Assembly: GCA_033762835.1 (NCBI GenBank) | Contig: JANRLG010000305.1 | Location: 23,508 to 87,507 of the forward strand | Reading direction: 5' to 3' | DNA: 64,000 nucleotides | DNA from: Thermoanaerobaculia bacterium | Lineage (GTDB): Bacteria > Acidobacteriota > Thermoanaerobaculia > Multivoradales > DATKCC01 | Shown here: positions 18,810-27,636 of the stretch, piece after piece | Layout of the letters: each line of letters opens with the position of its first letter | Position numbering within the stretch: the first letter of the stretch is position 1 | Made by a program: the position numbers and the translations under genes | The notes under the pieces: model-generated | Databases searched by the model: none | What the model was told of the DNA's origin: nothing | The model's input: the letters and a program-made list of their open reading frames with translations, nothing else

Positions 18810-20173
18810 TGGCTGGAATCTTCAAAGCTTATGACGTCCGCGGCATCGTCCCGGACGAACTCGATACGCCGATCGCGTACAAAATCGGCCGCGCCTTCCG
18901 GGCCCTGCTCGACCCCGAGGACGACCACGACGGCGCTCCCGTCGTGGTGTCGAACGACATGCGGGCTTCGAGTGGACCGCTCAAGGCGGCCTTGATCGAG
19001 GGACTGCTCGACTCCGGCCTCGACGTCGTCGACATCGGCCTCCAAGCGACGCCGACCAACTACTTCGCCATTGGTCACCTGAAGACGGCGGGCGGCATCC
19101 AAGTCACCGCCAGCCACAACCCGGCGCGTTACAACGGCTTCAAGATGTCCCGGCGGGACGCCAAGCCGGTGTCTGGCGACCACGGCATCGGCCACCTGGA
19201 GAAGCTCGTGTTGGCGGGCGACTTCCCGCCGCCACCGGCCCAGCGGGGCACGCACACCGAGGCGGATGTTTCCGCGGCCTACGCCGAGCACGTGCTGGCC
19301 CACCTGCGCCGGCCGGAGGGGGCCAAGCGGCTCAAGGTGGTGGTCGACTGCGCGAACGGCATGGGCGCCGTCGATCGTCCGATCTTGGAACGCCTGGGCA
19401 TCGAGCTGATCCCGCTCTATTTCGAGCTCGACGGCACCTTCCCGAACCACGAGGCCAATCCGCTCAAACTCGAGAACCTGCGGGATTTGTCGAAGTTGGT
19501 GCTCGAGTCCGGCGCTGATTTGGGGATCGCCTTCGACGGCGATGCCGACCGCGCCGCGTTCGTAGACGAACGGGGCGAGCCGGTGGGCAGCGACCTGTCG
19601 ACGGCTCTCGTCGCCGGCGAGCTGCTCGAGCGTGAGCCGGGCAAGGTGGTGGTCTACGACCTGCGCTCGTCTCACGCCGTGGCCGAGCACATCACGGCCA
19701 AGGGCGGCATTCCGGTGCGCGAGCGGGTGGGCCACTCGTTCATCAAGGCGACGCTTCGGGAACGCGGCGGCGCTTTCGGCGGCGAGCTCGCCGGGCACTA
19801 CTACTTCCGCGACAATTTCTACGCCGATTGCGCGCTGCTGGCCGTGATCGAGATGCTGAACCTGCTGTGGAAAGAGGGCAAGCCGCTCTCCCAGTTGGTC
19901 GCCCCGCTACTCGCCAAGTACCGCAAGACCCCGGAGATCAACTTCGTGGTCGAAGACAAAGCCGGCAAGATCGCCGAGTTAGCCGCTCGCTACGCCGACG
20001 CCAAGATCGACTACCTGGACGGCATCACCTTCGAGTACCCGACGTGGTGGGCCAACGTCCGCCCCTCGAACACCGAGCCCTACCTGCGGTTGGTGCTCGA
20101 GGCCTCGAGCGACGAGGAGCTGGCGGCACGGGAACAGGAGCTGGTGGCGATCTTGGGCGAGCCGGCGGAGTGA
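18809..20173 (+). CDS. phosphomannomutase/phosphoglucomutase
   Basis: 454 aa. 'IFKAYDVRG' and active-site 'TASHNP'. Start overlaps the ileS stop by 1 nt. Confidence 0.85.
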   Translation: MAGIFKAYDVRGIVPDELDTPIAYKIGRAFRALLDPEDDHDGAPVVVSNDMRASSGPLKAALIEGLLDSGLDVVDIGLQATPTNYFAIGHLKTAGGIQVTASHNPARYNGFKMSRRDAKPVSGDHGIGHLEKLVLAGDFPPPPAQRGTHTEADVSAAYAEHVLAHLRRPEGAKRLKVVVDCANGMGAVDRPILERLGIELIPLYFELDGTFPNHEANPLKLENLRDLSKLVLESGADLGIAFDGDADRAAFVDERGEPVGSDLSTALVAGELLEREPGKVVVYDLRSSHAVAEHITAKGGIPVRERVGHSFIKATLRERGGAFGGELAGHYYFRDNFYADCALLAVIEMLNLLWKEGKPLSQLVAPLLAKYRKTPEINFVVEDKAGKIAELAARYADAKIDYLDGITFEYPTWWANVRPSNTEPYLRLVLEASSDEELAAREQELVAILGEPAE

Positions 20174-20179
20174 GCGAGG

Positions 20180-20818
20180 TTGGCTGACCGCCCCCCTCAC
20201 GAGCCTGCTTCTCCGGTGGGCGTCGGCCCCCACCCGGAGCCGTGGCCGGAGGATCCTCGGCTCGACCCCGAGCTGCTCGCCCATGGCGACCGCCGCAACG
20301 TCGTCGATCGTTATCGCTATTGGACCGTCGAGGCCATCCGGGCGGACCTCGACACCCGCCGCCACGACGTACACGTCGCGATCGAGAACTGGGAGCACGA
20401 CTTCAACATCGGCGCCGTGGTGCGCAACGCCAACGCATTTCTCGCCCGCGCGGTGCACATCGTGGGCGATCGCCGGTGGAACCGCCGCGGCGCCATGATG
20501 ACCGAGATCTACCAAGACGTTCGGCTCTGGCCGACCCTGGACGATCTGGCGGCGTGGGCAGCCAGCGAGGAGCTGCCGATCGTGGGTATCGACATCCTCG
20601 CCGGCTCCCATCCCCTCGACCGTGCCGAGCTACCGCGCCGGGTCGTCCTGCTGTTCGGACAAGAAGGCCCGGGGCTTTCGGAGCGCGCCCGGGAACTCGT
20701 GACGGGCGTGCTCCATGTGCCACAGTACGGCTCGACTCGTTCGATCAACGCGGGCGCGGCCTCCGCCGTGGCCCTGTACGAGTGGTGCCGCCGCTGGGCG
20801 GCCAGGGACGGCGACTAA
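20180..20818 (+). CDS. TrmH/SpoU-family RNA 2'-O-methyltransferase
   Basis: 'FGQEGPGLS' and 'SINAGAA' SPOUT motifs. Confidence 0.75.
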   Translation: MADRPPHEPASPVGVGPHPEPWPEDPRLDPELLAHGDRRNVVDRYRYWTVEAIRADLDTRRHDVHVAIENWEHDFNIGAVVRNANAFLARAVHIVGDRRWNRRGAMMTEIYQDVRLWPTLDDLAAWAASEELPIVGIDILAGSHPLDRAELPRRVVLLFGQEGPGLSERARELVTGVLHVPQYGSTRSINAGAASAVALYEWCRRWAARDGD

Positions 20819-21126
20819 CCGCCGGTGCCGGAACCTCCCGTCGTGCCGCCTCGCGGTCCACCGGTGCCGCTGCCGGCCGGATCCATGGAGGCGCCGCCCT
20901 GGTCGAGGTCGGAACCTTCTTCCGGTCCAACCGGGAGGGTTTCGGGAGGGGGGCTGGCGTCGAATTGGTTGCCGAGCCAGAAGGCGACGAGGCGCTGGAG
21001 GGGCCGCCAGTCGAGACTCCTGGGCTCGGCGGCCTGGGCGGGTGAGGCGGGGAGGCTGGCGGTCAGGGAGAGGGTCAGGACGAGGACGATGCGGCAGAGA
21101 CGTGACGGGGCGAGAACCTGAGGCAT
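20815..21126 (-). CDS. small secreted Gly-rich hypothetical protein
   Basis: Signal peptide 'MPQVLAPSRLCRIVLVLTLSLTASLPASPAQA'. Low-complexity C-terminus. Confidence 0.3.
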   Translation of the reverse strand: MPQVLAPSRLCRIVLVLTLSLTASLPASPAQAAEPRSLDWRPLQRLVAFWLGNQFDASPPPETLPVGPEEGSDLDQGGASMDPAGSGTGGPRGGTTGGSGTGG

Positions 21127-21179
21127 GACTTCTCCTTTCGGCTCGCGAGGCCGGCCGTAATGGCCGGCTACTTTATGAA

Positions 21180-22478
21180 GTGCGCGTGAGCCCCGGGACC
21201 GATCCGGCTCCGGGACGTCTCACTTCTCCGTCCGGATGTACTGGAGCTTCACGGAACGTGATCGGATTGCTCCGCGAACCCGAGGACCGCCGCGACCGGC
21301 GAGTCCTGTTGGCGCCCTTCCATGTCGAGGAGCTGGTGCAGCGCTTCGGCCGGCGGGTAGTGGTGGAGCCGTCGGCGGAACGGATTTTCGAAGACGCGGC
21401 GTACCAGGCGGCGGGGGCACGGGTGGCGGTGGAGCTGGCCGACTGCCGGCTGCTGCTGGGTTTGGCACCGCCAGGAGACCAGTGGCCGGTCGCGGGCCAG
21501 ACGTTGTTGTGTTTCCTCGGGGCCTCGTCGCGCCGACCCGAGTCGCAGGCGCTCGTCGAGCGCGCCGCGGTGCGCGGTGCCACTCTGATCGACCTTGAGG
21601 CCGTGGTGGACCGCTTCGGCCAGCGGCCGGTGACCGCCGGTCGTTGGGCCGGTGCCGCGGGCATGATCGAGGCGTTGCGGGCGTTGGGGGAGCGGTTGTC
21701 TGCCGAGGGCTGGGCTTCGCCCCTGGCGGCCCTGCGTCCAGCGGCGTCCTACGGTTCTTTGGGCGCGGCCTGCGCCCATCTCGAGGGCGAGATCAGCGCG
21801 GCGCTGCGGTCCGCGGACGGCCCCGCGGAGCTTCACCCGATCGTGTTCGGCATTGCAGGTGGTGGGCCCTTGGCGCGCGGCGCCGAAGAAATCCTCGCGC
21901 ACCTGCCGGGCGTCGAGATGAGCCCCGACGATCTGCCCGAGTTGGGGGACCATCCGGGTCTCTCCCGGCGCGCCTTCGTTCGGGTTTCTCTGCGCCGCTA
22001 CCAACGGGTGCGCTTCGTTCGGCATTTGCCCCATCTCACCGTACTGGTCAATGCCTTGCGCTGGGAGGCCGGGGAGCCGCGGCTGGTCCTCGACGACGAT
22101 CTCGGCGAGCTCTTCGCCGGGGACACAACGCCGAAGCTCCGCTTGATCGCCGATCTGCCGGCCCAGGTGCGCGGCGCCGTCGAACCCACTCGGCGGCTCG
22201 GTCACCTCGACGATCCGCGGATCGAGATCGACCCGCGAACCGGCGCGGAGCAGCCCGGCGGTTTCCCCCTGCTCGCCGCACCGGCCTGGGCCTCGGCCTT
22301 CGCCCAGGAAGCTTCGCTGGCTCTCGGGGACGCTCTGTTCCCCTTCCTGGCCGAGCTCGCCACCGAGGACTTCGCTGGTCCTCTCGAGCGCCTGCCCCTG
22401 CCCGCGGCCCTGCTCGGCGGTGTCGTGGTGCAGCGCGGCGAGCTGACGGCGCGTTGGCGGTACTTGGAACGCGGTTGA
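21180..22478 (+). CDS. alanine-dehydrogenase/PNT-like (saccharopine-dehydrogenase-like) oxidoreductase
   Basis: The N-terminal half resembles an AlaDH/PNT substrate domain, and 'IVFGIAGGGPLARG' looks like a dinucleotide loop. The true start may be internal (GTG at ~21257). Confidence 0.4.
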   Translation: MRVSPGTDPAPGRLTSPSGCTGASRNVIGLLREPEDRRDRRVLLAPFHVEELVQRFGRRVVVEPSAERIFEDAAYQAAGARVAVELADCRLLLGLAPPGDQWPVAGQTLLCFLGASSRRPESQALVERAAVRGATLIDLEAVVDRFGQRPVTAGRWAGAAGMIEALRALGERLSAEGWASPLAALRPAASYGSLGAACAHLEGEISAALRSADGPAELHPIVFGIAGGGPLARGAEEILAHLPGVEMSPDDLPELGDHPGLSRRAFVRVSLRRYQRVRFVRHLPHLTVLVNALRWEAGEPRLVLDDDLGELFAGDTTPKLRLIADLPAQVRGAVEPTRRLGHLDDPRIEIDPRTGAEQPGGFPLLAAPAWASAFAQEASLALGDALFPFLAELATEDFAGPLERLPLPAALLGGVVVQRGELTARWRYLERG

Positions 22479-22568
22479 GCGGCTAGCGCGCCTTCCCTTG
22501 CCTCCCCCCTTCGAAAAGAAGGAAAATCCCGCAGATCCTCTCACCGGACGTCACCAAGGGAGCTCCCG

Positions 22569-24371
22569 ATGGCTGCTCGCGTCTACTCTTCGGTCGTTGA
22601 CATCTTCCATCACCGGGTCGCCTCGACCCCCGACGCCGACGCCATGTACGGTCGGCGGAACGGCCAGTGGTACACCCTGACCTGGCGCGAGACCGCCGCG
22701 CGGGTGCGCAAGATCGCTTGCGGTCTCCTGTCGCTCGGCCAACAGCGGTCGGGGCGGGTGGCCATCCTGTCCGGAACTCGGCCGGAGTGGGTCCTGGCGG
22801 ATCTCGGCATCTTGGCTGCCGCGGGGGCCACCAGCACGATTTATCCGTCGAACACCCCGGAAGAGTGCGCCTACATCCTCGCCGACTCGGGGGCCGTGTT
22901 CTGCTTCGCCGAGAACCCGGTACAGCTCGAGAAGCTGCTCCAAATTCGTGCCGAGGTACCGGCTCTCGAACGCGTCATCCTGCTCGACGGGGTGGCGCCC
23001 GCGGGACAGCCCTGGGTGATCACCCTGGCCGAGCTCGAGTCCGCCGGCAGCGCCTGGGACGCCGCCCACCCCGGCGAATACGAAAAGGTCTCCGGCAGCG
23101 TCACGCGGGAAGACCTGGCCACGTTGATCTACACCTCGGGCACCACCGGCAAACCCAAGGGCGTCATGCTTGCCCACGACAACTGGGTGTTCGAAGCCGA
23201 GGCCATCGCCGAGATGGCCCTGTTGCGCGACGACGACAAGCAGTACCTCTTCCTGCCCCTCGCCCACTCCTTCGCCAAGGTCCTCGAAGTCGGCTTCATC
23301 ATCACCGGGGCGCCCACCGCCATCGACGGCAACATCGACGATCTCGTCGACAACCTCGGGGTGGTCAAACCCACGGTCATGGGCGCGGTACCGCGCATCT
23401 TCGAGAAGGTCTACAACAAGGTCGTCACCGGCGCCCGCGAGGCCGGCGGCCTCAAGTACAAGATCTTCACCTGGGCGGTGGCGGTGGGACGCCAGGTGTC
23501 CGTGCTCCGCCAGCGCGGCGACGAGCCGGGCGGCCTGCTCAAGATCAAACACCGGGTTGCGGACAAGCTCGTGTTCTCGAAGCTCAAGGCGCGGTTCGGC
23601 GGACGGATTCGCTACTTCGTTTCGGGCGGCGCGCCGCTGGCCCGCGAGATCGCCGAGTTCTTCCACGCCGCGGACATCCTGGTGCTCGAGGGTTACGGCC
23701 TGACCGAGAGCTCGGCGGCTTCCTTCGTCAACCGCTACAACCGCTTCAAGTTCGGCTCCGTCGGGCCGGCGGTGCCGGGGCTCAAGGTCAAGATCGCCGA
23801 GGACGGGGAGATCCTGCTCTCCGGCCGTGGCGTCATGCAGGGCTACTACAAACTTCCCGAGGCCACCGCGGAAACGCTGGTCGACGGCTGGTTGCACACC
23901 GGCGACATCGGGGTGCTCGACAGCGACGGCTTCCTGACCATCACCGATCGCAAGAAGGACATCATCGTCACGGCCGGCGGCAAGAACGTGGCGCCCCAGA
24001 ACGTCGAGAACCTGCTCAAGGCGTCTTCCGCCTACATCTCGCAGATCGTCATGCTGGGCGACAAGCGCCCCTTCTGCGTCGCGCTCATCGCGATCAACGA
24101 GGAGACCGTGGGCAAGTGGGCGAAGGAGAAGGGTCTGACCTACGGCTCCTACGCCGAGCTGTCGGCGCTACCCGCGGTCAAGGACTTGATCTGGGGCGTG
24201 GTGAAGGCCGGTAACGAACGCCTCGCCGCCTACGAGCAGATCAAGAAGATCCACCTGCTCGACCACGAGCTGTCCCAGGATTCCGGCGAGCTGACGCCCA
24301 AGATGTCGATCAAGCGGAAGGTCGTGGAGCAGAACAACCGGGAGATTCTGGAAGGGCTCTACGGCGGGTGA
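22569..24371 (+). CDS. long-chain fatty acid--CoA ligase (AMP-dependent synthetase)
   Basis: 'YTSGTTGKPKGVML' AMP-binding motif. 600 aa. Confidence 0.9.
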   Translation: MAARVYSSVVDIFHHRVASTPDADAMYGRRNGQWYTLTWRETAARVRKIACGLLSLGQQRSGRVAILSGTRPEWVLADLGILAAAGATSTIYPSNTPEECAYILADSGAVFCFAENPVQLEKLLQIRAEVPALERVILLDGVAPAGQPWVITLAELESAGSAWDAAHPGEYEKVSGSVTREDLATLIYTSGTTGKPKGVMLAHDNWVFEAEAIAEMALLRDDDKQYLFLPLAHSFAKVLEVGFIITGAPTAIDGNIDDLVDNLGVVKPTVMGAVPRIFEKVYNKVVTGAREAGGLKYKIFTWAVAVGRQVSVLRQRGDEPGGLLKIKHRVADKLVFSKLKARFGGRIRYFVSGGAPLAREIAEFFHAADILVLEGYGLTESSAASFVNRYNRFKFGSVGPAVPGLKVKIAEDGEILLSGRGVMQGYYKLPEATAETLVDGWLHTGDIGVLDSDGFLTITDRKKDIIVTAGGKNVAPQNVENLLKASSAYISQIVMLGDKRPFCVALIAINEETVGKWAKEKGLTYGSYAELSALPAVKDLIWGVVKAGNERLAAYEQIKKIHLLDHELSQDSGELTPKMSIKRKVVEQNNREILEGLYGG

Positions 24372-24378
24372 GGGCGAT

Positions 24379-24416
24379 TCGGAAGGGGGAGTCGGCGTGG
24401 AGCCCACTCCCCCCTC
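24379..24416. terminator. hairpin between the convergent acyl-CoA ligase and TonB receptor genes
   Basis: 'ggaagggggagt' ... 'actcccccctcc' inverted repeat. Confidence 0.35.
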
Positions 24417-24435
24417 CGAGACCTGTCAATTCAGA

Positions 24436-27405
24436 TCAGAACCGCAGGCCGAGCGCGACGCGGAAGGTCCGGGCACGCTGGAAGCCGTTCTGGTTGATGG
24501 CCTTGCCGAAGTTCGGTCCCTTGTCCCAGTGGACGCCTTCGACGGGCGTCTCGGTGAAGGGGTTGAACGCGCGGCACGGGCCGGGGCCACCCGAGGCGCT
24601 GGCGCGCGAGCAGGTGCCGCCGGTGTCCTGGCTGACCACCGACTGATCGAGGTAACGGGAATCCGTGGTGTCGAGGTCGTCGGCGTTGAACACGTTCAGC
24701 AGCTGCGGCTGGACGTACATCTCGATGTCCCGGAAGGTGAATCCATAGGTCACCGACAGGTCGGTGCGCAGGATGTCGTCGGTCCGGAACTCGTCACGAG
24801 CCGTGAAGTAGTAGGTCACGCGGGGCGGCGGAGTGCGGTAGCCCGGGTTGGTGACGAAGTTGAGGCTGCGCACGGTACCCACGGCGCCGTAGGGCACGCC
24901 GGAGTTGAAGCTCTGCACCAGGCTGGCGGTCAGCGAGTGCTGCTCGGTGTCGAAAATCTTGTAGACACCGTAGAGGCTGAGCTTGTGGCGCTGGTCGATG
25001 GCGAGGTCACCGTCCGGCTGGTTCCAGCGCGGATCGGCGTATTCGGGGTAGCTGTTGATGCCGCCGGTGAGCGGGCCGGAGTTCCGGTTCTCGCCGTCGA
25101 AGTTGCCCTGCGCCTGCGACAGGGTGTAGTTGCCGCCGAGGTCCAACCGGTCCGTGGCGCGGTACCGGAATTGGGACTGTAGGGCGTCGTACTCGCGGCT
25201 GTAATTCTGGTCGTCGTTCTCGACCAGGGTCAGATCGGCACGACCGCCGGTCGGGGTCGTGACCTGGCCGGTCGACAGGTCGGTGCGCGACGCGTAGAAG
25301 TCGTGCCACTCGCGGTGGACGAGGTCGGCGCGGACCACGCCACGGCTGCCGAGCTGCTTCGAGACGCCGACGGTGAACTCGTCGACGTACGGCGAATCGA
25401 GGCCGCCACGGATCTGGACGTTGCCGCCCGGAATGGACTGCGCGGTCAAGAAGGTGCGGTTGTCGGTGAAGCCGACGCTGCGGAACCAGTCGAACAGCTG
25501 CTGGAGCGCCTGATCCTGGGTCAGCAAGTTGGCGGCGTTGGGGTTCGAGTTGATCGACGGTCCCTGGTAGGCCCACTGGAAGGTGGCCGGGGCGCCGGCG
25601 GTGGTCGAGCTGTCACCCACGGTGTTGGCGAGAGCGGCGACGTAACGACCGTAGCTGCCGTTCAGCACCCAGTCGCCGGTACCCTTCGGGTCCCAGGTCA
25701 CGGCCACGCGGGGGCTGAAGTTCGAGTCGTCGGCGACCTTGTCGCCCGAGGCGTTCTTGCCGTCGTTCTGGTCATAACGGACGCCCAAGTTGAAGCTCAA
25801 GCGGTCGGTCATGCGCCAGGTGTCGTTCACGAAGATCGAGTTGGTGCGGAAGTTCGTGCCCTGGGTGGTCACGAAGATCGGGTTCCACTGGATGATCGTG
25901 GAGGTCGGAGCGAAGACCGGGAAGATCTCGGTGCCGCGAATGATCGCGCTCGTACCCAGGATGCGGAAGTCGCTGCCCGACTGGTGATTGTCGGAAGCGC
26001 GGATGTCGTTGAAGGTGTCGACGCCGACGACCAAGTCGTGGGTGCCGGTCTTCTCGGTCGACAGGAAGTAGTTGAGCTTGGCGAGGGCGTTTTCGTTGTT
26101 GCGCTCCTCGGGCAAGCAGACGCCGCAGAAGGTCGGCGAGTGGTACCGCGCGCCGTTGCGGGACCGGTCGATGAGCAGCGTGCCGCCAATCAGATCGGTG
26201 AACCGCGAGCCCGAGCCCACGAAGGTGAACTCACGCTCCGAGTACTGGGCGGTCACGAACAGGTTCGAGGACAGGATGCCGTTGTAGTTGAACGCCAGGA
26301 GCTGCTCCGGGGTCTCCCGGTTGTTGAGGCTCGCGGTGTCCATGATGGTGCCGAAGAAGTTGCCGGCCTCCTGATCGTCGAGGTCCATGAAGGAGCCGAC
26401 GAGGGAGTGCTTGGCCGTGGCCGCGAGGGTCAACTTGCCTTCGTAGCGGCGCTCTTCGCGTCCGGTAGCAAAGGAGATGTTGGTGAAGCGGGTGGAATCC
26501 GTCGAGTTGCTCTCGAAGTCACGGCCGGCGACGAAGAACCACAGCCGGTCGCGCAGCACCGGACCGCCGAGGGTGACCTCGTAGGTCGGCACGACGTCGT
26601 CGGTCTGAGCTTCGCCGAAGGGCGTCACGGACTGCCAGTCCTGGTTGTTGAGCGTGCCGCGGATGGAGCCCGAGAAGTTGTTGCCGCCGCTCTTGGTGAG
26701 CACGTTGACGACACCGCCCGAGAAGCGGCCATATTCCGCCGAGATCGACGCCGCGGAGGTGGTGGTCTCCTGGATGGCGTCCTCGATGAACAGGTCGTTC
26801 GGTTGGCCGCGCAGGTTCTCGTTGATGACGACGCCGTTGACCATGAACAGGTTCTCGAAGGACGGCGCACCGGAGATGGTCAGGCTGGACTGGCCGGTCT
26901 CGGTGTTCTTCGACGGACCGGTGGCGGCGACGCCGGGAGCCAGCTTGGCGATCTCGGAGATCGTGCGGCCGGCCGGAAGCTCGTCGATCAGCTCCTTCGA
27001 GTAGGTGGCGGCCACCTGGCTGGTCTGGGAGATGGTCTCGAGCGAGCCCGTGACCACGATCTCCTCGGTGATGGCGCTGATCGCCATCTCGACGTCGACG
27101 CGGGCGTCCTGGGCCGCGGCCACGCGCACCGTGCGCGCCACCGTCTCGAGGCCCTGGAGCTCGTAGACGACGCTGTACTCGCCGGGCGGCAAGTTCGGGA
27201 TCAGGTAGTCACCGTTGGCCGAGGTCACGGCCGTGCGGCTGCCCTGCAGGGCGGGCGACGTGGCGGTCACCATCACCCCGGGCAACACGCCCTCGGAGGA
27301 TGAAACGCGACCGGTCAAGGTGCCATTGGGAATCTGGGCCATGCCGGGGAGGGCCGCGAGCAGCCCTACCACCAGCACGAGGCCCGTAATCGTCTTCCAA
27401 CTCAT
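24436..27405 (-). CDS. TonB-dependent receptor (N-terminal carboxypeptidase-regulatory-like extension plus plug and barrel)
   Basis: Signal peptide 'MSWKTITGLVLVVGLLAALPGMA'. Plug motifs and a terminal aromatic '...RVALGLRF'. AAGGAG Shine-Dalgarno 8 nt upstream. Confidence 0.85.
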   Translation of the reverse strand: MSWKTITGLVLVVGLLAALPGMAQIPNGTLTGRVSSSEGVLPGVMVTATSPALQGSRTAVTSANGDYLIPNLPPGEYSVVYELQGLETVARTVRVAAAQDARVDVEMAISAITEEIVVTGSLETISQTSQVAATYSKELIDELPAGRTISEIAKLAPGVAATGPSKNTETGQSSLTISGAPSFENLFMVNGVVINENLRGQPNDLFIEDAIQETTTSAASISAEYGRFSGGVVNVLTKSGGNNFSGSIRGTLNNQDWQSVTPFGEAQTDDVVPTYEVTLGGPVLRDRLWFFVAGRDFESNSTDSTRFTNISFATGREERRYEGKLTLAATAKHSLVGSFMDLDDQEAGNFFGTIMDTASLNNRETPEQLLAFNYNGILSSNLFVTAQYSEREFTFVGSGSRFTDLIGGTLLIDRSRNGARYHSPTFCGVCLPEERNNENALAKLNYFLSTEKTGTHDLVVGVDTFNDIRASDNHQSGSDFRILGTSAIIRGTEIFPVFAPTSTIIQWNPIFVTTQGTNFRTNSIFVNDTWRMTDRLSFNLGVRYDQNDGKNASGDKVADDSNFSPRVAVTWDPKGTGDWVLNGSYGRYVAALANTVGDSSTTAGAPATFQWAYQGPSINSNPNAANLLTQDQALQQLFDWFRSVGFTDNRTFLTAQSIPGGNVQIRGGLDSPYVDEFTVGVSKQLGSRGVVRADLVHREWHDFYASRTDLSTGQVTTPTGGRADLTLVENDDQNYSREYDALQSQFRYRATDRLDLGGNYTLSQAQGNFDGENRNSGPLTGGINSYPEYADPRWNQPDGDLAIDQRHKLSLYGVYKIFDTEQHSLTASLVQSFNSGVPYGAVGTVRSLNFVTNPGYRTPPPRVTYYFTARDEFRTDDILRTDLSVTYGFTFRDIEMYVQPQLLNVFNADDLDTTDSRYLDQSVVSQDTGGTCSRASASGGPGPCRAFNPFTETPVEGVHWDKGPNFGKAINQNGFQRARTFRVALGLRF

Positions 27406-27636
27406 GAAGTGAGCTCCTTTCTGTCCGTCTCCGGCAGGGCAGCAGGCCCGGCGGGAGATGCCGACGAGGGAGAAAGTACCCCCGGCAGCGCGATGATTCG
27501 AGGCGGAGAACAGCAATGCTAGTGCCCACTCTCCCAGGTCGTCAATGAATCGTTACAAGAAATTGACAACACGAGGGTTGAGAGCGGCGTAACCGCCTTT
27601 TCGGCGGTGGCTGTTCAAAAAAATGGAGTGCCGAGT

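Noticed and set aside
17532-19798. Two long minus-strand ORFs (17532..18764 and 18632..19798)
   Set aside because: Both are antisense to ileS and the phosphomannomutase gene, with Arg/Gly-rich translations.
21249-23897. Long minus-strand ORFs 21249..22544 and 22551..23897
   Set aside because: Shadow frames of the AlaDH-like and acyl-CoA ligase genes.
25303-27303. 666-aa plus-strand ORF
   Set aside because: Antisense to the TonB-dependent receptor. Gly/Asp/Arg-rich, with no motifs.
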